Source: Octopus sinensis (taxonomy: Eukaryota). From it: a stretch of DNA of 64,000 nucleotides. Position 1 is the stretch's first letter; each line of letters starts with the position of its first letter. Below are positions 1 through 13,740 of this stretch, piece by piece. Where the stretch lies: the NCBI RefSeq assembly GCF_006345805.1, contig NC_043002.1, positions 38,378,001 through 38,442,000 on the forward strand, in the 5' to 3' direction. The notes below the pieces were generated by a model. That model did no database searches. It was not told the origin of the DNA and was given only the letters and a program-made list of their open reading frames with translations. The translations under genes and the position numbers were made by a program.

Positions 1-1392
1 AGCAACGCAGTTATCTATTGAGAAACAGCATTATCAAGATAATAGTATGGTAAAATCACTGAAGTAATCCCAAAAAGTATTGAGCAGTAAGAGAAAATGT
101 TTTCTCTGAGTTAGAAAACATATTACACGATGTGCCACAAAGGAATGCTGTCAAGTTGAAATAAGAGTTGATATCGCATAAGAAATGTATAAATAAAGTT
201 CTTAAAGACAGTCAGAAGTGTATTTGTATCATATGTAGATCCAAAATTATTAACATTTATATCTGAATATTAATATATATCTGAATATCAATATATGTCA
301 ATATGCAAAACGGTACCTAAGGAATGAAGCAGTAACATAAAAAGGATACTTAACACGGGTATTTCTAATATTTTAATAATCTGAGTGGCAAGTACAAAAT
401 AACATAGTTTTTAAAGGCTGTCATGTGGTAGAGGCAAAATTCATGATCTTCCTCTGAGACTGATCTAATCAGCACTGTTAATATTCTGTGAAGTCGACAA
501 AAGACTTTCAATGTAGCCGTTCAGTATGCTACAAGTCAAATTTCTTTCAAATCACCACCACTATTTTCAAAAATATAATATAAAAGTAATATCACGGAAA
601 ACATACACATCTCTCAATCCTTATGTATGGTATATTTCTATATTAAAAGTCAGAATGACATTTTTTCTCGCGAAAAGATTCCAAACGCTTGAAACTTGTA
701 ATTTTGCACGTGGATAAGAACTATAATGGTTATCAGTTAATTTGGCTCAAGCCTCCCCAACCGCATCACGACTCCAAATTCATCTATTTCACCTACTGCA
801 CTCTGGATGTTTCGATCCTTGAGCAAATTTCTTCATTCCCCAAGTATACCTTTTCACATCAACCCTACTTGATATCGATGACCTCGGATAATTCAGCACT
901 CAAAAAACTTACTGAGCTTCTACTGTAGGTGCAGAAACCGAAATTAGGCCGTCCTAAAACTAGTTTTATCCTTTACAATGATAGACACACATATATTCCA
1001 GACACCTTTGATATTTTTCTTTACATCCAGACAGAGCTTCTTCCAAAACATCGACGTCATTATAATTATCTCCTCGTCCGTCACAGTGTTAAGGTAATTA
1101 ACTTTTACACACTTGCATACTACGCAACACATTCGTCGTTAGCTGCTATCGGAATGTGTTTCTCGTTTTTTATGATCTTACACATTCAGATTACACCTCG
1201 AATTAATTAATTTTGCACATAAAATATTTGTTGTTGTTATTGCCTAGCCTCAGTTGAGATTTGACCGAACAGTATTATAGTCAAATCATTCTTGTCTTAC
1301 AGTTGAGTTGTGAATATCCAGTAATTGAATAGGGATGCGCCCGTATACACGCACACTCACAGGCACGCACACACACACAAGATAGATAGATA

Positions 1393-4300
1393 AGTTTCTT
1401 TATTGGCCACACAGAGCTGCACACAGATGGGACAAGTTACAAGGTAGAGCTTTTCTTTTGGGGGATGAAAAAAAACCAAAAACAAAAGAAACAAAAAAAA
1501 GGGGGTGGCGTAGGTTTTCGATCAAGAGGGATCGTAAAAGGGAAGAAAAGAACAAAAAATAAATAAATAAATAAAATAAAAAAGAAAAAAAGAAAAAAAA
1601 GAAAAGGAAAAGGAACAAAAGAGAAGAGAAATGAAAAAAAGAAGAAAAAGGGGAAAAAAAGGGGAAAGGAAAAAAACGATCAATAGGGATCGTGTTATGA
1701 TATATGGTGTAAAGCAAGTAAGGTTTATCCGTGGGAAGAAAAGCCTACGAAAAAGACCACGTTAACCTTGGTCAATATTGTTATATGTTACCACATTTGT
1801 TTGCAAGTGGGCAACCCTCTGTTTTCAATTTCTGGGTTCATAGGATTATGCTCAAGGTGGCTTCATCATTCATACGTGCCATCCTTGCTACATTCACCCA
1901 TCTTTTTTTTAAACATTCGCTAGACAAAACTTGCCTCTCTACTCTCACTTTCCTTTTCAAGTGGTACTTGAATAAGTTGATGAGAGATTGACCAGAGAGG
2001 TAAGTGTTTGTCTCCAATCCTTTCAATCGCGTCCACCAGATACATTCTTTCGCCATAGCCACAAGGATGATGAAAATAGATCTTCCTTCCCGTTTGAAGG
2101 AAGGAGGCGTGACAGTATTGACGATAGACTCAGCTGATAAACCGACTCGTCCCACACGTGACAGCAGTTGTTCGACATAAGTCCACAGGTCGGAAATTGT
2201 TGGACACTGCACGAGTGCGTGCAGAACGGTTTCGTCGCTCTGACCGCATCTCGGGCAGGTCGGCCACGTGTTTCTCGAGCCGTGTCTGTAGAGTTTATCC
2301 CGAACGGGTAGCGCTTCTCGGTAGCACTGCCAGGCCAGGGATCTCTGGAAGTTGTCCATGGGTCCTGGCCCGAAAGTCGTCCTGAACAGGCGGGTCAGGT
2401 ACTCCTCGTCGACGTCCAGGTTCGCCTCGAGCTCGTCGTCGTACCTCCCCTCCACTAATCCCCTATAGAATGCTTTGGTTGTGTTGAAGTCACTCAAGGT
2501 CGACCCAGGACGGCAGAGTTGCTTGAGAGCAACGCGACACTCGCGGTGCCATTCGCCCTTCCTCGGCCTCTTTTTGATCCACGACTGCAGTTTGGTCATG
2601 GAGACGAGCTGCGGGAAAGTGTGCCTCACAAACGGCGACCACACCTGTTCACCGTCGTCTACGAAGAGCCTGAGATGTCGCAGTCTCAGCGCGTGTCTGC
2701 GCATCATCAACCACGGCATGCCCAGTCCTCCTTTTAACGGGTGTTGACAGCAAATGGATCGCCTGACCATTGGGACGCATCCTTTCCACACGAAGCGAAA
2801 GAGAATGCGTTGTAGTTTGGTGATGGTAGGTCGGGACAAGGCACGACGGTCAGGCGGTAGTAGATGACTGACGTGATGTACGTGTTCGCCACCTCCGCCC
2901 GACCTTTTAGGGACAGTTTCCTCTCGGCCCATTGCCGGGCGAGAGTGACCACCCTACTCGTTATCTCGTTCCAGTTTTTCTCCACTTGGTGGTCCGGACC
3001 AAACCAGATCCCGCGCAACTCAACCGGGCCGTCGGTCCAGCGTTCCACGACGGAGGAACTGGCGGACGGCATGGGCTTGCTTCTCCAGGTGCCTAGTCGC
3101 AAGCCCACTGACTTTTCCCGGTTGATTTTTGCTCGTGTCACCGCTTCGTAGTTTTTCAGTGTCTCGCTGACCTGCTCGATGTGCTCGTGGCTAGACACAA
3201 TGACGGTGACGTCGTCCGCGTATGCAGACACGCTCGTCCCGCATTCCCAGTTCTCGCGGGATGCGCCTCAAAGTTGCCAGCTTCCGCAATAATGGCTCGA
3301 GAGTCAATACGTATAGAAGCGACGAGAGGGGGCATCCCTGACGGACCGAACGTGCGATGTCGAAGGGTCTCGATAGATGTCCATTCACGCGAATTACCGA
3401 ACGGATGCCTCTGTACAAAGCGGCTATCCAGCCGCGGAAGACGGGACCGAAGCCAGCCGCTCTGAGGACCGCCTCCAAGCATCGATGGTCCACCCTATCG
3501 AAAGCTTTCGATTGATCCAAATTGATCAGCGCCCCACCCATGCCAGGTTCGTTAACTACCCTGTCTATGATGTAGCGCATCAGGTGGAGGTTGTCATGGA
3601 TGGTCCGGCCCGGCACGGCGCATGTTTGCGCCTTGTCGACCAGTTTCTCGATGACAAGCGCCAACCTCTTGGCTAGCACCTTGGCCAAAATGTTCAAGTC
3701 TGCATTAAGCAGAGTGATGGGCCTAAAGTTATCTATTACATTTCCCTTGTTTAGATCTTTCTTCAGCAGTGTTACGGCTCCTCGGCTCACAAAACCAGGA
3801 ATGCTCCCGTTTTGCTGCCAGTTGCAGTACACCGCCGCCAAGAGATCTCCAAACAAGTCTGGCATACAATTGTAAAGCTCGTAAGGTAGACCATCCAAAC
3901 CCGGTGATTTGTCCCTCGAGCATTCTGCCATCGCGTCCTGCACTTCCACCGCCGTGATGGCACCTTCGCAGCACCCTGCCTTTCTTGTCGAGAGTCGTGG
4001 TAGGCTATGTAGGTAGGCACTGAAGTCCACCCTACGTTCTTGCCCTCCACTTGTCCCGAACAGTCGGGCAAAATGCTGCTGAAAGGCCTCACACATTTTA
4101 CTTGGCTCGAGCAATTCGCGCCCCTGTTCATCTACCAGGGACCGAATGGTGGCTTTGTTGCCCTGTTGCGCCTCTGCCACCCGGGCCTCTCTCGCGCTCC
4201 AACACCTTCGTTCCTTAGAGCACGCATCCTAGCTCTGACAGCACATCCTTCGTGTTTGGCGTTGAAGTGTTGGTCGAGGGTCAACCTCGCCCCCAAAACG

Positions 4301-4953
4301 TCGGATGCGATGCCGCTTCTAATTGCCTCTTCTAGCTTCTTAACTAGCTCACCCTCTACTCTATTTCTATCTATGGCTAGTGCTTTGCTGTACCTAATCG
4401 CTTCTGCTTTTACTGCTCTCTTGAGGGCAAACCACCATTCGTTGTTGATGATGGCTCCCGTCAAAGCCCTCTTTACTAGTGTGCTAATCCGGTTTCTGAA
4501 AACCTGTCTCGATGGGAAAGACGCGTTTAGTTTCCAGTATCCAGGACCCTGCCTAAGTGTCTTACCTAAGTCTAGCGTACATGTCACAAGTTTGTGATCC
4601 GTGTAGCTGACTATGTGGAATTGTGGACATCCTATGCTATCTCTGTCTACTGTCCTACACAGTATCCTATCTAGATACGATCTCGACGACCGGATGCGGT
4701 TGCTCCATGTCAACGTTGGCGCATTCGGGTGATCTAGTCGGAACCTGTCAGACAGTTGAAAGAGTCTGAGCAGGTCTCTGAGGCATTTACATCCCCGTCT
4801 ATTCCTATCTCTACCCACGTAGTCTACATGCGTGTCCAAGGTAGCATTCCAATCCCCCACTAAGAGTAAAGGACGAGACGTTCCCAAGAATACTTCTAGA
4901 CGTTGAAAGAGATCCGCCCGACCTGTTAAGGGCGGTGCGTAGATTGATACGAG
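1393..4953 (-). mobile_element. 5'-truncated Tx1-clade (L1 superfamily) non-LTR retrotransposon inserted in a (GATA)n/(TATC)n tract
   Basis: Minus-strand ORF pieces give an APE endonuclease (SIYAP..., LLLVGDWNATLD, SYLDRIL, TDHKLV, GYWKLN), an RT (KSPGLDGLPYE, FRPITLLNAD, LDQSKAFDRV, VRQGCPLS, AYADDVTV) and a C-terminal zf-RVT CCHC (CPRCGQSDETVLHALVQC). The 3' UTR is pyrimidine-rich, with AATAAA at 1404-1399 running directly into TATCTATC. GATA repeats flank both sides. Confidence 0.93.
1838..4953 (-). pseudogene. Frameshifted ORF2 (EN-RT-zinc knuckle) of the Tx1-like element, in four overlapping pieces (4132-4953, 3191-4180, 2734-3231, 1838-2932)
   Basis: Consecutive ORF-track segments in different frames carry successive EN, RT and CCHC motifs. 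The N-terminus of the EN is missing because the reading frame runs into the microsatellite. Confidence 0.9.

Positions 4954-5010
<57 letters not shown>
4954..5010. repeat. (GATA)n microsatellite at the 5' junction of the Tx1 element; a short remainder lies at 1380-1392
   Basis: Direct reading of agat repeats. Confidence 0.97.
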
Positions 5011-5011
<1 letters not shown>

Positions 5012-6691
5012 TCCATAATATCCGCTATCTAAAACGGTGATCTAAGGGAAAATTGTCTGCTGTGTTCCGCTGATAGAGTGACTACCTACAAGCTCCCCCG
5101 ATTAATACACGCAAGTAAACATACATTATATGCGTATGTGTTTCAGTATGTGTGTGTGTGTGTAGGTGTGTCTGTGTGTGCGCCCGCGCATAAAATAGTT
5201 TTATTAATCATTAAATATTGTCAATTATTTCATTCTTGTGTATTTAATTCTTGTATTTAATTCTTGTGGCGTCACGGAAGAGCTCCACAGCACTTGATTC
5301 TGAAGGAAACAATAAATGTGGTAACTTTAATGTTAACTACAATGAGAAGTAATAGTTCTAAGCTACATCAACGAGTCAATCGGTTTGATTCTAGTTTAAT
5401 ACATTTTTAATAGCTGCCTTTACTTTACAGTCACGTCAAAATATAAAAATAGCATTTTTTAAAAATTCCATACTGCATATGTGGAAAAGTACAGCTAAAA
5501 ACAACAATTCGATATTCTTTTTAACAAAAATAAATCAAAGAAGATAATAAACATTACAAAATGTTCAATATGAATAAGATTTTATTCGATGGTCTTCCAT
5601 ATGTTGCAAATATATTTGCATTTAGTCCAAAACACTGAAAAAAAAATTTTTTCCGCATATATCCGAAGTTTCAGTTAGTTTACAAGCCAAAGCGCATTGA
5701 ATCTTAAAATTCGGTTTTGTTGGAAAAGATATAAAGAGTGGCGTAACTAAAAATAAGACAGCGATTAGCTGTGAATCACAGTTTCGAATTTTACATATTT
5801 TGATCTAAAGATAGAAAATGGAATCTAATATCTTTTATGTGTTATCTTTTACTGCTTACATTTAAAATTTTATATTATTATTATTATTATAATTTGCACT
5901 GAAAGAGAAACAGAGTTTCAATAATTTGAATATATTTACTAACTTGTTTAAAATACTAAAAAATATTTTTTTCTATTTGCCTTCAACATACTAATACCTG
6001 AATTCTTTGTAAAAGAGAAAAATCTGAACTGATAGGAAATACACATAAACTTACTTCTGTATTAATACAGAGTAAAACAGAGTAGTGCGTATAAGTAATT
6101 GCTTATTTCAGTGCATTATTAAAATGAGGCATCTTAGAAGAAAAACAATATGGAATATTCCTCTTAAAACCACTTAAATTAGATTATTATATAAGACGGA
6201 ATGTTTCAATAACTCCAACATATTTCATTCCATCATTATACTGAGCTTCTGGGAGATAATAAAATGTGTTAAAATCCAGCATAAACTACGGGATAGATTT
6301 GTTTTCAAAGGTATATGCATGTATAAATAAACATATATGTGTGCGTGGTGGTGTTATATACATATGTGTGTGAGTGTGTGTTTGTGAATGTATGTGTGTG
6401 TGTGTGTGTGAATGTATGTGTTTGTCTTTGTAAGTGTGTGGGTGTGTGTGTGTATATATATACATACATATGCAAGCACATGCTCACGCGCACACGATAG
6501 TGATGAACGGAATGGAACATGGAAGTGATTAATAGAATTGGAGATTTAAACATGATACACTATTCGTCAGCCATCTAGGTAAGAATCAATTGATTTTCAG
6601 CGCCTTGAATGTCCAGAATTTAAAATATATGTGCACGTACACAAACTTATACGCGTGTTTGCATATGTACAAACACACGCAAACATATATG

Positions 6692-7040
<349 letters not shown>

Positions 7041-8464
7041 TATACATGTATGTATGTATTGATATAAGCATCAACAACAGTAGCATCCACTTCTAAATGT
7101 CCCCCAGAGTAGGCTACTAACTATATGTATTCCTAGGAACTGAATTTTAATTAGAAACAAACCGAAAACGTCTGCGTGAGTAGGTCTTGAGAAAACACAT
7201 TTAGTGGATTTCTAACTGATGCTCAATTTCAAAGACAATGAATCTGTTTAGCCGAGCTTCTAAAATGCAAGGTGCTATTGTTTAACATAAACATAACACA
7301 TAAATAATTCCTAGTTTCATTAATTTGCAATCTTTGTTGATCATTTTCTTTGTGGTTGGGCATTAAACGTCTTTTAATCATGAGATTCACCATACACTAA
7401 AGCTATTAATTGATGTCAAACTTTTGAGAAAATTCTACGCCAGTATCGAGTCAAATCTTCTGACGCAAGAGAAAATCACAAGCAGATGTTTCATAACATT
7501 ATTAACATTTTATAGGTAATGTTTTAAAAATGTAATCTGAAATTACAATACTAAATATATAAGATGTTAATTAAATAAATGAAATAATAAATAAGAAATG
7601 AGATATTATGTCTTTACAAAGGTGTCACATATCTAATAACTAACCAAACTCGATATTATGATTCAATTGAAAAGTTTTCTCTCACCGATTTTGTATTATT
7701 TTCCCCATGTTCTTCATTTATACTAATTTTTTAAACAGATAATGAGGTGTATGGAATGATCTTAATTTGGAATGTGTAATCACAGAGAGAAATGGCAGTA
7801 TTTCCTGCAGAAAGTACCATGACACTCTAAATGTCATCAGAGGTAATGAACGAGAAGGTAACTATTTCTGGTATTTTTTTTATAACCTGTTCTCAACATT
7901 AAAACTAATGAAAGCTTTCACATTATGTAGAGATGGCGTTCAATTTCAAGCAATTTTCTTTAATGCAGCGCGTGTTTATGCTGAGTTAACGGGAAAATTA
8001 GTTGTCCATTTTTAAGGCTTTTTTTTATAAAAATACCTCATGATCCAATGTTAAGTGAACATACGAATTTTAAGTGGATTCAGTTTTAATGCATGTGGGA
8101 ATAATAGTTCTGCATATTTATATGCATTTTAAAGTATACATATGAGCAGGTGACTGAAATTTTTGGTTGATAATTACTCAAAAATATTACATAGATGGAA
8201 ATAATGGAAGCATGAAACAAAGACGCATGCAACCATAAGCGCATACTTACATAATCAAATGCACATGTATATAGCATATATACACACACAGACATACACA
8301 CACATACACTCACTCACACACATACATATACAAACATACGCACATATATATATATGTAGTCGGATGATTTTGAGTCGTCCTTCAATGTTAAAATGTTTCT
8401 ATATATGCATAAACATGAAAAACTATACGCCTGTTTATGTTTGTATATATCGATCAATATCAGT

Positions 8465-8536
<72 letters not shown>

Positions 8537-8570
8537 TTATCTATCTGTCTCTCTCTTTCACTCTTTATGC

Positions 8571-8646
<76 letters not shown>
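8465..8646. repeat. (TATC)n plus (TA)n microsatellite
   Basis: Direct reading. Confidence 0.95.
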
Positions 8647-8647
<1 letters not shown>

Positions 8648-9211
8648 CTAATCAAAGGACGCATTGAAGTGATGACCCGCTAGAAATAGGAGTTAAAATC
8701 CTCATTTGGACAAACCAAAATTACACTGAAAATAGCTGAACAAACAGTATACGGGCAAGCGAACCGAAAAATGATCTCTCACATACCATTATAGTACAAA
8801 GCTATATATTTAATGGAACAGGTATATACGTGGACCGGTTTCTGGTTTGACACTGAGTTCTTAATTTCCTCAGCCCATCCTAAACCTTAGAAACGTCTTC
8901 CCAGTCTACAACGTTGAAATCTGCTGACACAATTGCTTAGCGCCAACATGTGGATATCCTCAGACTGAAAGTACTAAACAGCAGCAACTATATTTACAAT
9001 CGAATATTTATATAGAATATTAATACTATTATTATAATCGAAATCAATATAAATAGTCCTTAATAACAATATTAATAGAGGTGGTTGCAGGCTTAAATAA
9101 GCGTTATATAGCTACAAAATCAAAATTATATTAATCAAAGGGCAGATTGAAGTGTCTACCCGCTCGAAATAAGAGTTAAAATCATCAATTGGACCATCAA
9201 AATTACCCTGA
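8648..9211 (+). repeat. Pair of about 80-bp diverged direct repeats (8648-8730 and 9131-9211)
   Basis: taatcaaagg..attgaagtg..acccgct.gaaata.gagttaaaatc.tca.ttggac...caaaattac.ctga occurs twice, about 483 bp apart. Confidence 0.75.
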
Positions 9212-9878
9212 TATTAATATATTTATATATATATATATGATTCTAAATATTTTTGCTGCGGCTATGTATATGTATATATATACATTATTGACGTGATATA
9301 CTTAATGAATGTGTTTACTTTAAACGGCTAATAGCTGCAGTAATTCGTTCATAGATTGTCCTTTGAAGGCGCCGATTGTTAGAAATGACTGGAAACTTCA
9401 TGTCCGGGCAAATCGAGAGCAGTGGATATCGCTATATTACCATGTGCAAGCTCATCGGTACTACATACTCGAGTAACCTTCGAAACGAATTTAAATCGCA
9501 GGTCTAATGTATATACTAAAATAGTGTAAAATCTGTCTGCTGATATGTCGCAGCGCCACAAAGTAAAACCCAAATTAAATGTTCGATCAAGTAGACTTCC
9601 TCTGGACGAAATACTGCAATTAATAAGCGCTTAAAGAAAACGCCTTCATTAAGTACTCGACATCATTGTTGTTCACTACACCTGTTCGTAGTTCAATATA
9701 TATATATATATATATATATTTTGTGAAATAGAAAGATGAATAATCTTGTTGCAGATTAATCAAAAGTTTAACCGATACCTTGGTAGCAAAAATCACAGCA
9801 GAAGACAGCACGGTTGGAGGTACAACCATATGGTGTTGCAACCGTGCGTTGGTGCGGATAATTGAATTTTAATATTAT

Positions 9879-10692
<814 letters not shown>

Positions 10693-10726
10693 AATATTAT
10701 ATATGTTTATTTATATAAATAACATG

Positions 10727-11220
10727 TGAAGGCGCATGGCTCAGTGGATAGAGCGTCCAGCTTACGATCGTGAGGTTGTGAGCTCGAATCTCGGAAAGGG
10801 CTGCGTGCTGTGTTCTTGAGCAAGACACTTTATCTCACCTTGCTCCAGTTCACACAGCTGTAGAAATGAGTTGCGACGTCACTGGTGCCAAGCTGTATCA
10901 GCCCTTGGATAACACTGGTGGCGTGGAGAGGGGAGGCCGGTATGCATGGGCGACTGCTGGTCTTCCACAAACAACCTTGCCCGGACTTGTGCGAAAACAC
11001 CTAAAGAAAACACCTAAAGCTCCACAAGACTCCGATAGGGAGTGGTTTCGATCCCTGCTGTAGTCTTTTGCCACAACTTTGTCTTACTCTTTCTTCTGTT
11101 GACCTGAATGCTTAGCCAGAGGGGTGGCGTTATTTGAAGGCTAAAACGATGCGAAGCGCATTGTGACCAGCGATGAGTAGCAAATCTGACAGCCTAGTCG
11201 GTCACGGTGATCACGGTGAT
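10727..11220 (+). mobile_element. tRNA-derived SINE, family A (CORE-like central block), near full length
   Basis: A-box tggctcagtgg, B-box-like gagctcgaatc, and central gtgttcttgagcaagacactttatctcac resembling the CORE domain. The 3' tail runs into a microsatellite. Confidence 0.85.
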
Positions 11221-11265
11221 ACATACACATACACACACACACACATATATATATATATGTATAAA

Positions 11266-11342
<77 letters not shown>

Positions 11343-11347
<5 letters not shown>

Positions 11348-11725
11348 CTCTATATAAACGGCAGTTTGTCTGTGTGTGTGTCTGTGTGTCTGTTAGGTTG
11401 TACCCTCACCCTGACCACGGCTTTCAACCGATTCTGATGAAACTTGATACACACATAGCCCAATGTCATAATTCAAAACTAACGCAGCGAAAATTTTGAA
11501 AAGTTCCCCCAGTTCTGAAAAAAATCGATAAATTCGACATGGGGTCGAGAATCAGAAACACAAACCAAAGACTGTCTAGGGGACGCAACTCGACCTTTTT
11601 AACTCTAAAAAAAATTTACCATAATTTTTTTCCCATTTTTTTGCTATTTTTTGGCTATAACTCTCTAAAAATGCTTTATAGTTATTTCCCTTACAAACCC
11701 GAGCAACGCCGGGTGATACTGCTAG
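11343..11725 (+). mobile_element. Non-autonomous Helitron (Lep1/HINE-like architecture)
   Basis: A|TC 5' end, (GTCT/GT)n tract, acggctttcaaccgattctgatgaaacttg block, subterminal hairpin acccg-agcaacgc-cgggt (11697-11714), CTAG|T 3' end, and no TSD. Confidence 0.85.
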
Positions 11726-11726
11726 T

Positions 11727-12312
11727 ATTATATAAAAGGGCTTAGTAAAATAAATTACTTTGCCGCATACTGAACTCATTAGAAATAGCAGCTAAAAAAC
11801 TTTTTTAAAGCTATTTCTAATACTTAAAGAAAATCTCTCTCATATATAGTGTTTGCTTAATTCAACTCACAAAAGTTTGGGGGTAAGGACATCGAAAAAT
11901 CAAATGCTAAGGTTATTTGAGAACGTACGTTTCAAGATTAGTCAAAAACAACACTTCTATCATCAGCTCAGAAATTCCTTGGTTTGGATTTGGAAACACT
12001 GAAAATAAGAACATACCCAAGGGTATGTTCTTATTTTCAGTGTTTCCAAATCCAAACCAAGGAATTTCTGAGCTGATGATAGAAGTGTTGTTTTTGACTA
12101 ATCTTGAAACGTACGTTCTCAAATAACCTTAGCATTTGATTTTTCGATGTCCTTACCCCCAAACTTTTGTGAGTTGAATTAAGCAAACACTATATATGAG
12201 AGAGATTTTCTTTAAGTATTAGAAATAGCTTTAAAAAAGTTTTTTAGCTGCTATTTCTAATGAGTTCAGTATGCGGCAAAGTAATTTATTTTACTAAGCC
12301 CTTTTATATAAT
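11727..12312. repeat. Perfect 586-bp palindrome: 292-bp arms (11727-12018 and 12021-12312) with a 2-nt loop (aa)
   Basis: Arms read as exact reverse complements. The ORF track shows mirror ORFs 11917-12126(+) and 11913-12122(-) that differ only at the loop codon. Confidence 0.97.
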
Positions 12313-12405
12313 GTAATAATTTGAATTCGCCTTGAATGGTCCCTTTGCATACTGAACACTTGGTGAAATTGATTAATAATTAATTAATTTTGCCCTCAAT
12401 TGTTG

Positions 12406-12436
<31 letters not shown>

Positions 12437-12825
12437 TCACTGAGCAAATGAACTTACTGTGCAATTATATCTAGAAAAAGTGCATGTGTGTATATGTGCG
12501 TGTGTATGTGCGTGTTTGTGTATGTGTGTGTATGGATAAAAAATAGATATATAAATAGATAGATAGAAAATAATAGATAGGGACATCGTTGTTAACTGAC
12601 ATGTATGCACTGAGATTATACTAAGATGCTAACTAGTTACTTTTTAGAAACCACACCTAATTATAATTTATTTTAGTGTTAAGCCTTTGAACTTGAAGCT
12701 GAAATCTTTTGGCATAAGAATGGTAAATATGTGGAAAAAGTAAAACGCAAAATAAACACGGAAGATAGAGAAGGAAGTGAAACTGAAGGAACGTTAAGAA
12801 ATAAAAACAAAGCAAAATATATACT

Positions 12826-13016
12826 ATTTACTCTTTACTCCTTTACTTGTTTCAGTCATTTGACTGTGGCCATGCTGCAGCACCGCCTTTAGTCGAGCAA
12901 ATCGACTCCAGGATTTATTCTTCGGAAGCCTAGTACTTATTACGCTAAGTTACGGGGACGTAAACACACCAGCATCGGTTGTCAAGCGATGTTGGAGGGA
13001 CAAACGCAGATACACA

Positions 13017-13080
<64 letters not shown>

Positions 13081-13258
13081 TATATATACATATATACGAC
13101 GGGCTTCTTTCAGTTTCCGTCTACCAAATCCACTCACAAGGCTTTGGTCGGCCCGAGGCTATAGTAGAAGACACTTGCCCAAGGTGCCACACAGTGGGAA
13201 TGAACCCGGCACCATGTGGTTGGTAAGCAAGCTACTTACCACACCGCTACTCCTACGC
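12826..13258 (-). mobile_element. tRNA-derived SINE, family B, with internal (TA)/(TG) microsatellite
   Basis: Minus-strand head ggcgtaggagtagcggtgtggtaag...ccgggttcattccc, then caccttgggcaagtgtcttc. Tail is (gagtaaa)-like repeats. Confidence 0.88.
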
Positions 13259-13740
13259 CAAAATAGGAATTTCGACTCTTTCTTTTGTTGTCGTTCTTTT
13301 TGCTTCCTACAATTATTAATATTATTTTTATTTCTTTTAAAATTGTTGCTGATCTTGTTGCTCATTACTATAGCCGAACATGTTTTTCTTTCCTTTCCAT
13401 TGGGTCATATATGTTAATATTATTATTTGATCTTGTTGAGTTGACCAGAATTGTGATGGAATAGTCGACTACCTTCCGTTATTCATCCCCGGGCCAACTT
13501 CGGAACAATAATCTCAACTAAACCAATATTTCAAAATATATTCCATATTTTCCTCTTTGTTGCGTCGTCTGCAAAATGGAAAAGGGGTAATTTGGAAGTG
13601 GAAACTTGCTCTTAGACAAAAATAATCTCAATGCACAGTACCACCACCGTATCAAACACTAATATCAGTAACAGAAGCATTTATTACAATAGCAGCAACA
13701 GCAACCAAGTCCACACTTACTCAAGGAAGCAGAACATACC

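Noticed and set aside
690-1220. Possible very old mariner remnant on the minus strand (NICVSIIVKDKTSFRTA*F)
   Set aside because: Only a vague resemblance to the mariner helix-turn-helix region. No inverted termini or catalytic motifs found.
2158-4597. Plus-strand ORFs overlapping the Tx1 element, and likewise those over the CR1 at 57494-59020
   Set aside because: They are antisense to GC-richer LINE coding sequence and show no recognisable motifs.
10727-10800. tRNA-like sequences with A and B boxes, here and at the other SINE heads
   Set aside because: No complete cloverleaf, and each continues into a SINE body. These are not tRNA genes.
11432-11445. CTGATGAAAC inside the Helitron as a hammerhead core
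   Set aside because: There is no stem II between CUGAUGA and GAAA. It is part of the Helitron conserved block.
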